This document shows positions 41,025 through 49,200 of a stretch of DNA of 64,000 nucleotides, piece by piece; positions within the stretch are counted from its first letter, which is position 1; each line of letters begins with the position of its first letter. The stretch is from Oscillospiraceae bacterium (GTDB taxonomy: Bacteria > Bacillota > Clostridia > Oscillospirales > CAG-382). Under the pieces are notes generated by a model. That model had not been told where the DNA came from. It did not search any database and was given only the letters and a program-made list of their open reading frames with translations. A program made the translations under genes and the position numbers. Where the stretch lies: NCBI GenBank assembly GCA_015064955.1, contig SVRD01000002.1, positions 14,188-78,187 of the forward strand, in the 5' to 3' direction.

Positions 41025-41882
41025 ATGAAAAGCTGGCTTTTATATTTTCTGGCAATATTAATAGCGGTAATTACGCTTCCGCTTATCGCAAAAAACAGCA
41101 TCGCCGCGCAAAAGGAGCCGATGATAACCGTTTGCATAAACGGACAGACGAGCGAAATGAGCATCGAGGAATATTCGCTTCGCGCGATGGCGGCTGTCGG
41201 TATGCACTGCGGCGAAAACGATTCGCTTTGCGCTCTGGCGATTGCGGCGAGATCGTGCGGATATTATTTTTCGCTTTACGGCGGAAAGCACGATTCGTTC
41301 GACGTTTGCGGAAGCGGAGATTGCTGTATCGCGCTTGCCGACCCGACAGAATGCGATGGAGACAAGCTCGCTTTGTATATCGCGGCGCTCGAAAAAACCT
41401 ACGGCGAGATACTTTTTTACGAAAACGATGCCGTCTGCACTCTCTTTACTCTTTGCGCGGGGAGCGGAACTGCGGATTGCGAGAGCTTTCCTTATTTGAT
41501 ATCCGTCGGCGAAGATATAATTTGCGATACCCACGTAACCGAAAAGCAGATCGACAAATCGGCTTTTTCCGAGGAATTTCCGAATCTCGCATCGGAAAAC
41601 ACCTGCTTTGTTTACGGCGATCACGGAAGCTGTGAGTTCGGTGTTGTGAACGGCAAGCTTGTCGATTCCGAAAAAATTGCCGAAATGCTTTCGCTTCCCT
41701 GCACCGAATTTTCGCTGACAAGTGTTGAAAACGATATTGTAATAACTGCGCAGGGTGTCGGGCACGATCACGGACTGAGCCTTTGCGGCGCGAGCGAAAA
41801 GGCAAGCCGCGGATACACCTATGAAAAAATACTTGAATTTTATTTTCCGCTTTTGAAATTAAGAAAATTATACACAAGCTGA
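41025..41882 (+). CDS. spoIID: Stage II sporulation protein D homolog (divergent)
   Basis: IEEY...ALAIAARS, T.GEIL.Y, G.GH..GLS..GA, YEKILEFYFP; directly upstream of the spoIIQ-like gene. Confidence 0.7.
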   Translation: MKSWLLYFLAILIAVITLPLIAKNSIAAQKEPMITVCINGQTSEMSIEEYSLRAMAAVGMHCGENDSLCALAIAARSCGYYFSLYGGKHDSFDVCGSGDCCIALADPTECDGDKLALYIAALEKTYGEILFYENDAVCTLFTLCAGSGTADCESFPYLISVGEDIICDTHVTEKQIDKSAFSEEFPNLASENTCFVYGDHGSCEFGVVNGKLVDSEKIAEMLSLPCTEFSLTSVENDIVITAQGVGHDHGLSLCGASEKASRGYTYEKILEFYFPLLKLRKLYTS

Positions 41883-41942
41883 ATAATTCCCCCTGAAAAA
41901 GCAAACAATAGCATCGACAAAACACTTTCAGGGGGAAAACCT

Positions 41943-42677
41943 ATGAACGACAATCAAGAAAACAAAAATCCCGTCGAGGAAGCCGACGGGCAGGAGCCTA
42001 TTGTAAAAAAGGTCGCCAAGTATTCCGCATTTATATATCTCGGGCTTGCGATAACGGTAGTGATAGTCGCAACGGTGGGTATTTTCAGCATCTCTTATGA
42101 TTATGAAGCCTCACTTCCGCCAATTTCCTTCCCCGAGATAAACACAAGCTTCGACGTTTCGGTTCCGCAAAACGTAATCACCCCGCCCGAAATTTCGGAC
42201 ACTCCCGTTATCAACGAGCAAAGCGGTATCGAGGACATGTCCGAGCCCGAGCAGGAAACACCGCGGGTTATGTTTTACTGTCCCGTCGAAGGCGAAATCA
42301 TCAAGCAGCACAGTCCGGACAAGCTCGTTTTTTCTGAAACGATGAGCGATTACCGAGTGCACAACGGCATTGATATCGGCTGTGAGCTCGGCGCAGAGGT
42401 GGTTTCCTTCTCCGACGGTGTGATCTCTGCCGTCACGAGCGATTATTTCAACGGCACAACGGTTGCGATAACACATTCTCAGGGCGTTGTTTCCTATTAT
42501 ATGAATCTTGATCCCGCACTCGCCGAGGGTATCGCGGTCGGAAGCGAGGTTCTGGCAGGTCAGGTTATCGGCTCGGTCGGCACGAGCGCACGAATCGAGG
42601 CAAAGGACCCGCCCCATCTTCATTTCGAGCTTTACGTGAACGGAACTCCCGTCGATCCCGAGCACGAGATGCCTTGA
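41943..42677 (+). CDS. spoIIQ: Membrane-anchored M23 peptidase, SpoIIQ-like
   Basis: Single TM; HNGID and PHLHFE motifs; spoIID-spoIIQ synteny. Confidence 0.72.
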   Translation: MNDNQENKNPVEEADGQEPIVKKVAKYSAFIYLGLAITVVIVATVGIFSISYDYEASLPPISFPEINTSFDVSVPQNVITPPEISDTPVINEQSGIEDMSEPEQETPRVMFYCPVEGEIIKQHSPDKLVFSETMSDYRVHNGIDIGCELGAEVVSFSDGVISAVTSDYFNGTTVAITHSQGVVSYYMNLDPALAEGIAVGSEVLAGQVIGSVGTSARIEAKDPPHLHFELYVNGTPVDPEHEMP

Positions 42678-42679
42678 GG

Positions 42680-42816
42680 TCGCTTCGCTCTCGATGAAAA
42701 TTTGCAATTTTCATCGGTTTTTGTGAACATCGTGCGCTCGCGCCTCACTCCGCATAAATGCGTCGCTCGCGATGTTCTAAGGTATATTTTTCAAGGCGCA
42801 TGTCCTTGAAAAATAT
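42680..42816 (+). repeat. Structured dispersed repeat, copy 2
   Basis: Reverse-complement homolog of 26923-27073; begins 3 nt after the spoIIQ stop. Confidence 0.85.
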
Positions 42817-42853
42817 AGAATCTTTATTGTATATATAAACGAATCAAATATTT

Positions 42854-42878
42854 GTAGGGCGGGGGCTTGTCTCCCGCC
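42854..42878 (+). repeat. GTAG-type REP-like palindrome
   Basis: GTAG-GGCGGGGG-cttgt-CTCCCGCC. Confidence 0.5.
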
Positions 42879-42894
42879 GAAATGCTTTTTATTG

Positions 42895-42963
42895 ACAAAA
42901 CACTCTCGCGGTGCGGGCGATACAAACAAAAACCGCCTACACCGCGAGAGGTGTTATTTTTTT
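42895..42963. terminator. Hairpin/terminator related to the 58-nt dockerin-trailer block
   Basis: ACAAAACACTCTCGCGGTGCGGGCGATACAAA...CACCGCGAGAGGTGTT followed by a T-tract. Confidence 0.6.
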
Positions 42964-43180
42964 ATTCGTGCAAAACGCCGAGCAGGTCGTCAACTGTCAC
43001 GTTAAAAAACGACGCTATATACGGCAACAGCGTAATATCGGGGTAAGCCTCGCCGCGTTCCCATTTGGAAACCGCCTGAACGGATACGCCGATATAATCG
43101 GCAAGCGTTTGTTGGGTAATATTCTTCTGCTTTCTGTATTTTCTTAATTGTTCGTTTATCCGTAGCGTCAAAGCTGTCAT
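42962..43180 (-). CDS. Small XRE-family HTH regulator
   Basis: LRKYRK...TQQTLA..IGVSVQAVSKWERG..YPDI. Confidence 0.88.
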   Translation of the reverse strand: MTALTLRINEQLRKYRKQKNITQQTLADYIGVSVQAVSKWERGEAYPDITLLPYIASFFNVTVDDLLGVLHE

Positions 43181-43677
43181 TTTTCCTTCAATTCAGACAA
43201 AAACTTTTCAGCAAAATAGAATTCACCCTCGGGCGTTTTATCGCGTGTGCCTATTTCGACCCTTTGCATTTGCGCCGTTTCGCTTCTGACTGTCACCTTC
43301 ACACTGTCGGGAATCATAACTATACAGGGCTTCGTTTTCTTTTCAAATCGATAGGGCTCTTTCTGCTTTACAACGTATTCAAAGCTGTCCATAGTATGTG
43401 CCAACGCAAAGGTATAATCCTTTATCTCGTAATAATTCTCATCTATAAAGCCATACAATATACGTTTACTGCGAACACCCACAAGCTTTACACAATAGCT
43501 TTTGTCCTTGCAAATTACCGTGAAATTACATTTTCCGCTTTTATTTTTGCCCGACCACCACAATAATCCGCTTTTCTTTAACACAAACGCTTTTTTCTTG
43601 CAAAGGCGTTTGATTCTTTGACAAAACAAATACCGCTTTACTGCCATTGTTACCCAACCCGTTACAGCGCCGGTCAT
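43177..43677 (-). CDS. Hypothetical protein
   Basis: ORF coupled by ATGA overlaps to both neighbours; AT-richer. Confidence 0.55.
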   Translation of the reverse strand: MTGAVTGWVTMAVKRYLFCQRIKRLCKKKAFVLKKSGLLWWSGKNKSGKCNFTVICKDKSYCVKLVGVRSKRILYGFIDENYYEIKDYTFALAHTMDSFEYVVKQKEPYRFEKKTKPCIVMIPDSVKVTVRSETAQMQRVEIGTRDKTPEGEFYFAEKFLSELKEK

Positions 43678-44483
43678 CCCATAAATCCTCTGTAGCTTTC
43701 AACATAATTGCCCAAGCGCGAAGCAATCGACAGCATCGAATAAACCAATAGCAATTTATGAGTTCCCCACGCACTGTAAACGTAAATTATTCCATCGTCG
43801 CTGTCAACGTCGTTTCTGCTGATCAAGCTCATTCTCAAAAGATTATCAAGAGCCCGCTCTGCAAGCTGTATTTCTATCCCGCATTTTGCAGCTATGAACG
43901 ATGCGGTAAATGATCTGCCGCGATTATCCAATATGAATTTGTATACTTCCCTTGTTCTGCCGTCGGCAAAACGCTTTATAACACTCCACGCCGCTTCATC
44001 ATCAAAAAGACCCTCTATTTCATTTTTATTCTTATTAAAGCAAAGCGCTATATCGCGGTCGACAAACACTCCGTTTCCCTCGACGTTACTTAATACCATT
44101 GTCTGCGTGCTCGGCTCGTTTTTAATGCGTTCACGTTTTTCAAGTGCGCGTTTTTTCAGTTCTGCTTCCGATATTTCCGGTTCTGCTTCGGTCGAATAAA
44201 AGAATCTTTGGAGCAATTCCAAAACCGCATCGTATGCCGCCTCGTGAACGTTTTCCTTTGCAATCTTGGACTGCTTTGCCTTTTCTTCTCTGCCGAACAA
44301 ATAATCGATGTCTGTCTCAAACACATCGGCAATTATCGGCAACAGCATTATATCGGGCATTGTAATCCCCGTTTCCCATTTTGAAACGGTCTGTGCAGAT
44401 ACACCGATCATATTCGCAAGCTGTTCCTGAGTAAAGCCTGCCTCCTTGCGTAATCCCGCAATAATATTTCCCGTGTTGTTCAT
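43674..44483 (-). CDS. XRE-family regulator with C-terminal winged-helix-like region
   Basis: LRKEAGFTQEQLA..IGVSAQTVSKWETG..MPDI. Confidence 0.85.
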   Translation of the reverse strand: MNNTGNIIAGLRKEAGFTQEQLANMIGVSAQTVSKWETGITMPDIMLLPIIADVFETDIDYLFGREEKAKQSKIAKENVHEAAYDAVLELLQRFFYSTEAEPEISEAELKKRALEKRERIKNEPSTQTMVLSNVEGNGVFVDRDIALCFNKNKNEIEGLFDDEAAWSVIKRFADGRTREVYKFILDNRGRSFTASFIAAKCGIEIQLAERALDNLLRMSLISRNDVDSDDGIIYVYSAWGTHKLLLVYSMLSIASRLGNYVESYRGFMG

Positions 44484-44751
44484 CAATTTACCCACCTTTT
44501 TATATCATCTGAGTATATTATACAACCAAATCCTATTAATAACAATAACGCACTACGCGAAAAAATCGCTTGTTTTGATACACAATCTCACTCATTCCGA
44601 ATTTTTTGTTGTGTTTTTTGATTTATTTTTCTCGCACAGAACAAGATAATCGCACACAAAAACCAACCGCCGAGAAAGGACGATGCGTCACTGTGGCGCA
44701 CCGCCCAACTCGGCGGTTTTGCTGTTTTATTGTGTTTTTGCGGTTTTTGAC

Positions 44752-45540
44752 TTAAAACTTGCCGCTGTAGGTTCTTCCGCCGCCCGATGATCTGCCCGAG
44801 CTGCTCGAATTGTCTTTCGGCTTTGCAGTGCGGGTGATATTGCGGTAAAGGAAGAAATCACGCGATACGGTGACGTTCATACTGCCGTCCTTGACGTAAT
44901 TCGATGCGGCAGACTGAAATCTTACCGATTTGAGCTTGCCCTTCATAACGCTTGTTGCGATCAATGCCACAACAAGACCGATTATGAGCGAAATTATAAG
45001 CTTCTTTCCGTAATCAAAGGGGAATCCGTTGATCTCGCCGTTTATGTAATACTCACATTCATCGGCAAATGCTACAAAAGCGGTATAAAAGTTATCGCTG
45101 CGAAGCGAGGGAAGCACCTCGTCCATAATACTTTCGTATTCGCTGTCGCCGATAGCGTCGAGTGCGGTGTCGCCGTAAATACGTACCGCATAGTCGCGTC
45201 CGTCTTCGCCCAATTCCTCATCGACCGAGATAAGCAGCATTACGCCGTTTCTCTCCTCGCCGACGCCGAAGCTGTACTTATCGTAAAGCGCATCGGCAAC
45301 GTCCTTTGCGTCCTCGCCGTCAAGTCCGTCGATAGTAACGATCGCGATCTGAACGTCGTGCATTTCGGTGTAATCCTTGAGCTTGGAGCTCAATTTCGCT
45401 TTCTCGCTGTCGGAAAGAAGGTTCGCGCCGTCTTTAAGGCTTTCGGCAGGCTCTCCCGGAATTGTTGCAGATACTGCTATACAAAGCAGAGAGCAAACGG
45501 TTATCAGGCACAAAACAAAGCAAAAAATTCGTTTCTTCAT
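44752..45540 (-). CDS. TPM-domain membrane protein (YdjH-like)
   Basis: D.ANLLS...IAIVTI...ADALYD...NGVMLLIS; TM helix; Ser/Gly-rich tail ending GKF. Confidence 0.85.
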   Translation of the reverse strand: MKKRIFCFVLCLITVCSLLCIAVSATIPGEPAESLKDGANLLSDSEKAKLSSKLKDYTEMHDVQIAIVTIDGLDGEDAKDVADALYDKYSFGVGEERNGVMLLISVDEELGEDGRDYAVRIYGDTALDAIGDSEYESIMDEVLPSLRSDNFYTAFVAFADECEYYINGEINGFPFDYGKKLIISLIIGLVVALIATSVMKGKLKSVRFQSAASNYVKDGSMNVTVSRDFFLYRNITRTAKPKDNSSSSGRSSGGGRTYSGKF

Positions 45541-45552
45541 ATCCGCCACCCC

Positions 45553-46641
45553 CTAAAACAATATATGGGCAAGGTAGGTCAATGCGAAAACGCCTGCACC
45601 GACTGCCGCCGTGAGTCCGAAAAGCCATTTCTTATACGCCGATTTATCCATCGGAAGATCGCCGACAAGCTTGCCGGTCTGACCGTTCATCGCAAAGGTA
45701 TATTTTTGGCCGTTCCAGGTGGTATTTAATATCCAGACGGGGAAAAGCGCATATTTCGCCCTGCCGTTTTGGAGCTGAACGCTCGAAAATTCGGGCATAA
45801 CGCTTGTGTATCCCTGCACCGTTGCGGCAAAAGCGTCCTCGGTGCTCTTTTTAATACGAGTATTTGCGCGCTCGATGCTTTGCTCGGCATCGACATCGTA
45901 TTTATCGGCAAGATATCCCGCGAGGTAAGCGGTCTGGAAATCCACTGCCTGCGAAAAATCATAGGGCTCGATGGATTCCATCAAATCGTCCGCCATTTTC
46001 GTGCTTCCGTCGACGGGAACCCGCTCGAATCCGATATTGCCGCCGCGCACTACCGAGAAAAAGCTGGTTTCGGTATAGTTATAATTGCTATCGCTCCAGG
46101 CTCTCACACGGGTCGCCTTGTAGCGAATATTTGCATCGGCATCGGCATCAAAAAGCCAAAACGGAACGTAGAGTCCCTTGATCTCGTTGATATGGTTCTG
46201 ATCCTTGAACACCTTGGGAAGCAACCGCTTTCCCTCGTAATGCTTATTGAGTGCCTTTTTAGCCGCTTCCTTATCGAGCTTGAAGGGGATAACGTAATCG
46301 GGCTTCAGCGCACCGCTGAACTGACCCATCATAACTACGGGGTTTCCGCAGAAGGGGCACTCGGTCGCGCCGACTGTTTCGTCGCCGACGATCTCGCCGC
46401 CGCAAGATTCGCAAGAGTAGACTCTCATTCCCTCGGTCTCCCCCTCGCGCCATTCACAGCCCGCGTTGGTTTCCCAATTCATATTGTCCTCGCCCTCGGC
46501 TTTGAGCACCTCGTCGTAGGATTTAAGCGTTTCTACCTCGAACTCGGTGTCGCAATAGGGACATTTCATATTTTGAGTTTCAACGTCAAATTCGATAGCG
46601 CCGCCGCAGCAGGGGCACTTATATTCCTGTAATGTCGACAA
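45553..46641 (-). CDS. Zinc-ribbon membrane protein (YdjG-like)
   Basis: CPCCGG, CPYC, CESCGG, CPFCG, PD.VIPF, YVPFWLFD, MNGQTGKLVG; TTG start after GAAGGAG. Confidence 0.8.
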   Translation of the reverse strand: MSTLQEYKCPCCGGAIEFDVETQNMKCPYCDTEFEVETLKSYDEVLKAEGEDNMNWETNAGCEWREGETEGMRVYSCESCGGEIVGDETVGATECPFCGNPVVMMGQFSGALKPDYVIPFKLDKEAAKKALNKHYEGKRLLPKVFKDQNHINEIKGLYVPFWLFDADADANIRYKATRVRAWSDSNYNYTETSFFSVVRGGNIGFERVPVDGSTKMADDLMESIEPYDFSQAVDFQTAYLAGYLADKYDVDAEQSIERANTRIKKSTEDAFAATVQGYTSVMPEFSSVQLQNGRAKYALFPVWILNTTWNGQKYTFAMNGQTGKLVGDLPMDKSAYKKWLFGLTAAVGAGVFALTYLAHILF

Positions 46642-46707
46642 ATCATTCACTCCTTCACGCAAGATTCTTCGGACGAAACCGCCCGAAGAATCGCTCAGAT
46701 TATGTGA

Positions 46708-48117
46708 TTATTTAATATCTCCGTTGTCAAAGCGGTCGCCGCATTCGGGACAGAATTTGGGAACTACGGTGTCGTCATCGGGCTCCCAACCGCAGTTACT
46801 GCACTTATATTTGGGTGCGGCTTCGGGCTTTTTTGCGCCGCAATCGGCACAGAATTTACCCTTGTTTACCGCGCCGCAAGCGCATTTCCAACTGTCGTCA
46901 GCCGGTTTTTTCGCGCCGCACTCGGTGCAGAAATTACCGCTCACTGTTGCGCCGCAAGCGCATTTCCAACCGCCGGCTGCCTCGGGCTCGGGCTTCTTTG
47001 CGCCGCATTCGGGGCAGAATTTGCCGCTCGCCGTTGCACCGCAAGCGCATTTCCAAGTGTTTGCCGCCGCCTGAGCTGCCTGCTGAGCCGCCTGCTGTTG
47101 CTGACCCATACCGTAAAACTGCTGAGCCGCATTGAATCCGCCGCCCATAGCGTTGCTTGCCATTCCCAAGCCCATAAAGCCGGTGAGCGCGCCCGCTTCG
47201 TTGGAAGCAGCCGCTTCCATAGCGTTTGCGCTGGCGGTGGTCATCCTGCCCGCCATCATATAAGCGTTGCTGCCGTAGGACATAGATTCTTCCATTTCGT
47301 TGATCTTCTGCATATCCTCTGCAGTCAGCGTAATGGGATTGAGGGCGATATTTTCAACGCTGATACCGCGCTCGTCGTTCCAGTCGGTCTTCAGTGCGTC
47401 GTTCATCGCGCCCTTGAGTTCTCTTGCCTTTGCGGGAAGCTGATCGGGACGCAAGCCAAGCTCGGAAAGCGCGCCCAATGCAGGCTGGAGTGCGTCGATG
47501 AACTCGGTCTTGAGCTGCTCGTCGATCATATCTCTTGTGAATTGATCCGCTACGTTGCCGCAAAGTCTGGTATAGAACAAAAGCGGGTTGGAGATAATAT
47601 AGGAATAGATACCGTTGCATCTTACCTGAACGGTTCTCGACATATTGATCTCTTTGTTGACAACTCTGAACATTATCGGGTTCGGAGTGCCGAATTTATT
47701 GTTGAGAATTTCCTTGGTGTTGAAATAGTAAACGCGCTGATCCTTGCCGGTGTCGCCGCCGAAGGTGAAACGCTTACCGATAGTCTTGAAGGTGTCGATA
47801 ATGCTCTTGCCGAGCTTGCCGGAGAAAAGGCTGGGCTCGGTCGAGGAGTCGTAAACAAATTCGCCGGGCTCTGCACAAAATTCAACAACCTTGCCCTGCT
47901 CGACGATAAGCATACACTGTCCGTCCGCAACCGCGATAACAGAGCCGTTCGAGATGATATTGTCCTCGCCCTTGGTGTTCGAGGATCTCGAGGAAGTGCG
48001 CTTGCTGCCCTTCTTCATAAGTACGTTGTTGTCCAAAGCGTCACAATAGAAAAACTCCTTCCACTGATCAGCCAAGGTGCCGCCAATCGCGCCGCCGATT
48101 GCTTTTATAAGTCCCAT
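46708..48117 (-). CDS. SPFH/band-7 protein with C-terminal tandem zinc ribbons (YdjI-like)
   Basis: LADQWKE, IISNGS, KFGTPNP; three WKCACGA...FCxxCG repeats plus a fourth ribbon. Confidence 0.85.
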   Translation of the reverse strand: MGLIKAIGGAIGGTLADQWKEFFYCDALDNNVLMKKGSKRTSSRSSNTKGEDNIISNGSVIAVADGQCMLIVEQGKVVEFCAEPGEFVYDSSTEPSLFSGKLGKSIIDTFKTIGKRFTFGGDTGKDQRVYYFNTKEILNNKFGTPNPIMFRVVNKEINMSRTVQVRCNGIYSYIISNPLLFYTRLCGNVADQFTRDMIDEQLKTEFIDALQPALGALSELGLRPDQLPAKARELKGAMNDALKTDWNDERGISVENIALNPITLTAEDMQKINEMEESMSYGSNAYMMAGRMTTASANAMEAAASNEAGALTGFMGLGMASNAMGGGFNAAQQFYGMGQQQQAAQQAAQAAANTWKCACGATASGKFCPECGAKKPEPEAAGGWKCACGATVSGNFCTECGAKKPADDSWKCACGAVNKGKFCADCGAKKPEAAPKYKCSNCGWEPDDDTVVPKFCPECGDRFDNGDIK

Positions 48118-48428
48118 AGTCATGTCCCTTTCGTAAATCTATATTTACAAGCACTCCTCATTCGATTCACAAATGAAGCGCGATTGCATTTTACAATAGT
48201 ATTATAACATATTTTTTCAGCAAATCAATGCGTTTCGCTGCCTTTTTTCAACCACTTGGCACGTTTTTTGCCGAATTTTGCGGTTTTTTTGCCAAAAATC
48301 CGCCGCCGTGTGAAAAATTTCCCGCTTTGCCCACCGTGAACAAAGCCTCTGCTGCCGCCGATTTTTTTCAAAAAGGTATTGATTTTTACAAATATATATG
48401 ATAGAATAGCCGAGCGACAAATGAATAT

Positions 48429-48505
48429 GTGGGTGTAGCTCAGTTGGTTAGAGCACTTGCTTGACATGCAAGGGGTCGTTGGTTCAAGTCCATTCATCCA
48501 CACCA
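48429..48505 (+). tRNA. tRNA-Val (anticodon GAC)
   Basis: Acceptor GTGGGTG/CATCCAC, D-arm GCTC/GAGC, anticodon arm CTTGC-TTGACAT-GCAAG, TTCAAGT loop, encoded CCA. Confidence 0.93.
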
Positions 48506-48535
48506 GAAAAAACCTTGTCTATGACAAGGTTTTTT
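48506..48535 (+). terminator. tRNA terminator
   Basis: AAAAAACCTTGTC-tat-GACAAGGTTTTTT. Confidence 0.8.
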
Positions 48536-48730
48536 CAGCTAAATCCACCCTTTCGGGTGGGCTAAATCGCCTTTGGCGGCTAAATTGCCCTTCGGGCAGC
48601 TATATTCACCTCGACGGCGAGTTGGTGGATTTAATTTAGCTGTAAGCGTTAGCGCACAATTTAGCTATCGAGCGAAGCGGGATAATTTCGCTATTGCAGA
48701 GCAATAATTTAGCTAAAAGAAAGGTTTTAG
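48536..48730 (+). other. Multibranched 'fishbone' structured element (RNA or ssDNA) leading into the four-helix-bundle gene
   Basis: 4x GCTA(A/T)AT each followed by a hairpin, then 4x ATTT(A/C)GC each followed by a hairpin. Confidence 0.75.
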
Positions 48731-48732
48731 AT

Positions 48733-49092
48733 ATGGCAGAAAGCATAATGCTCGACAAGGCAAAGGATTTTGCTGTTGAAATAGTAAACCTTTGCCGTAA
48801 TATAAAAGAAACAAAACGTGAAAGCGTTTTGACAAACCAACTTTTGCGTTCGGGAACTTCTATCGGTGCAAACATACATGAGTCAAAGTATGGTCACGGT
48901 ACAGCAGATTTTATCGCAAAAATGCAAATAGCGCTAAAAGAATGTTATGAATCTGAATATTGGCTCGAACTTTTGAATCGCACGGGATATATCCCCGACG
49001 AGCAATATAAATCACTTCAAAACACTTGCGGTTCTATCCGTAGAATGTTGATTTCTTCTATAAACACAACGAAAAGTAATGCGAATAAATAA
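48733..49092 (+). CDS. Four-helix-bundle protein (TIGR02436 / 23S-rRNA-IVP family, Avd-like fold)
   Basis: QLLRSGTSIGANIHE...DFIAKMQIALKECYESEYWLELL. Confidence 0.9.
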   Translation: MAESIMLDKAKDFAVEIVNLCRNIKETKRESVLTNQLLRSGTSIGANIHESKYGHGTADFIAKMQIALKECYESEYWLELLNRTGYIPDEQYKSLQNTCGSIRRMLISSINTTKSNANK

Positions 49093-49109
49093 CCTAAATA
49101 ACAACACAA

Positions 49110-49141
49110 AAACCGATTTGACGTAAAAATCAAATCGGTTT
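49110..49141. terminator. AACCGATTTG hairpin, copy 1
   Basis: AAACCGATTTGA-cgtaaaaa-TCAAATCGGTTT. Confidence 0.7.
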
Positions 49142-49200
49142 CGTGCTTTTTGTTTCTTTGTAGAATTCAATTTTCCAAAAGGCCAACAAATTCTGCAAAA

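Noticed and set aside
48733-49092. 23S rRNA intervening sequence
   Set aside because: No rRNA sequence flanks the gene; the family name is historical
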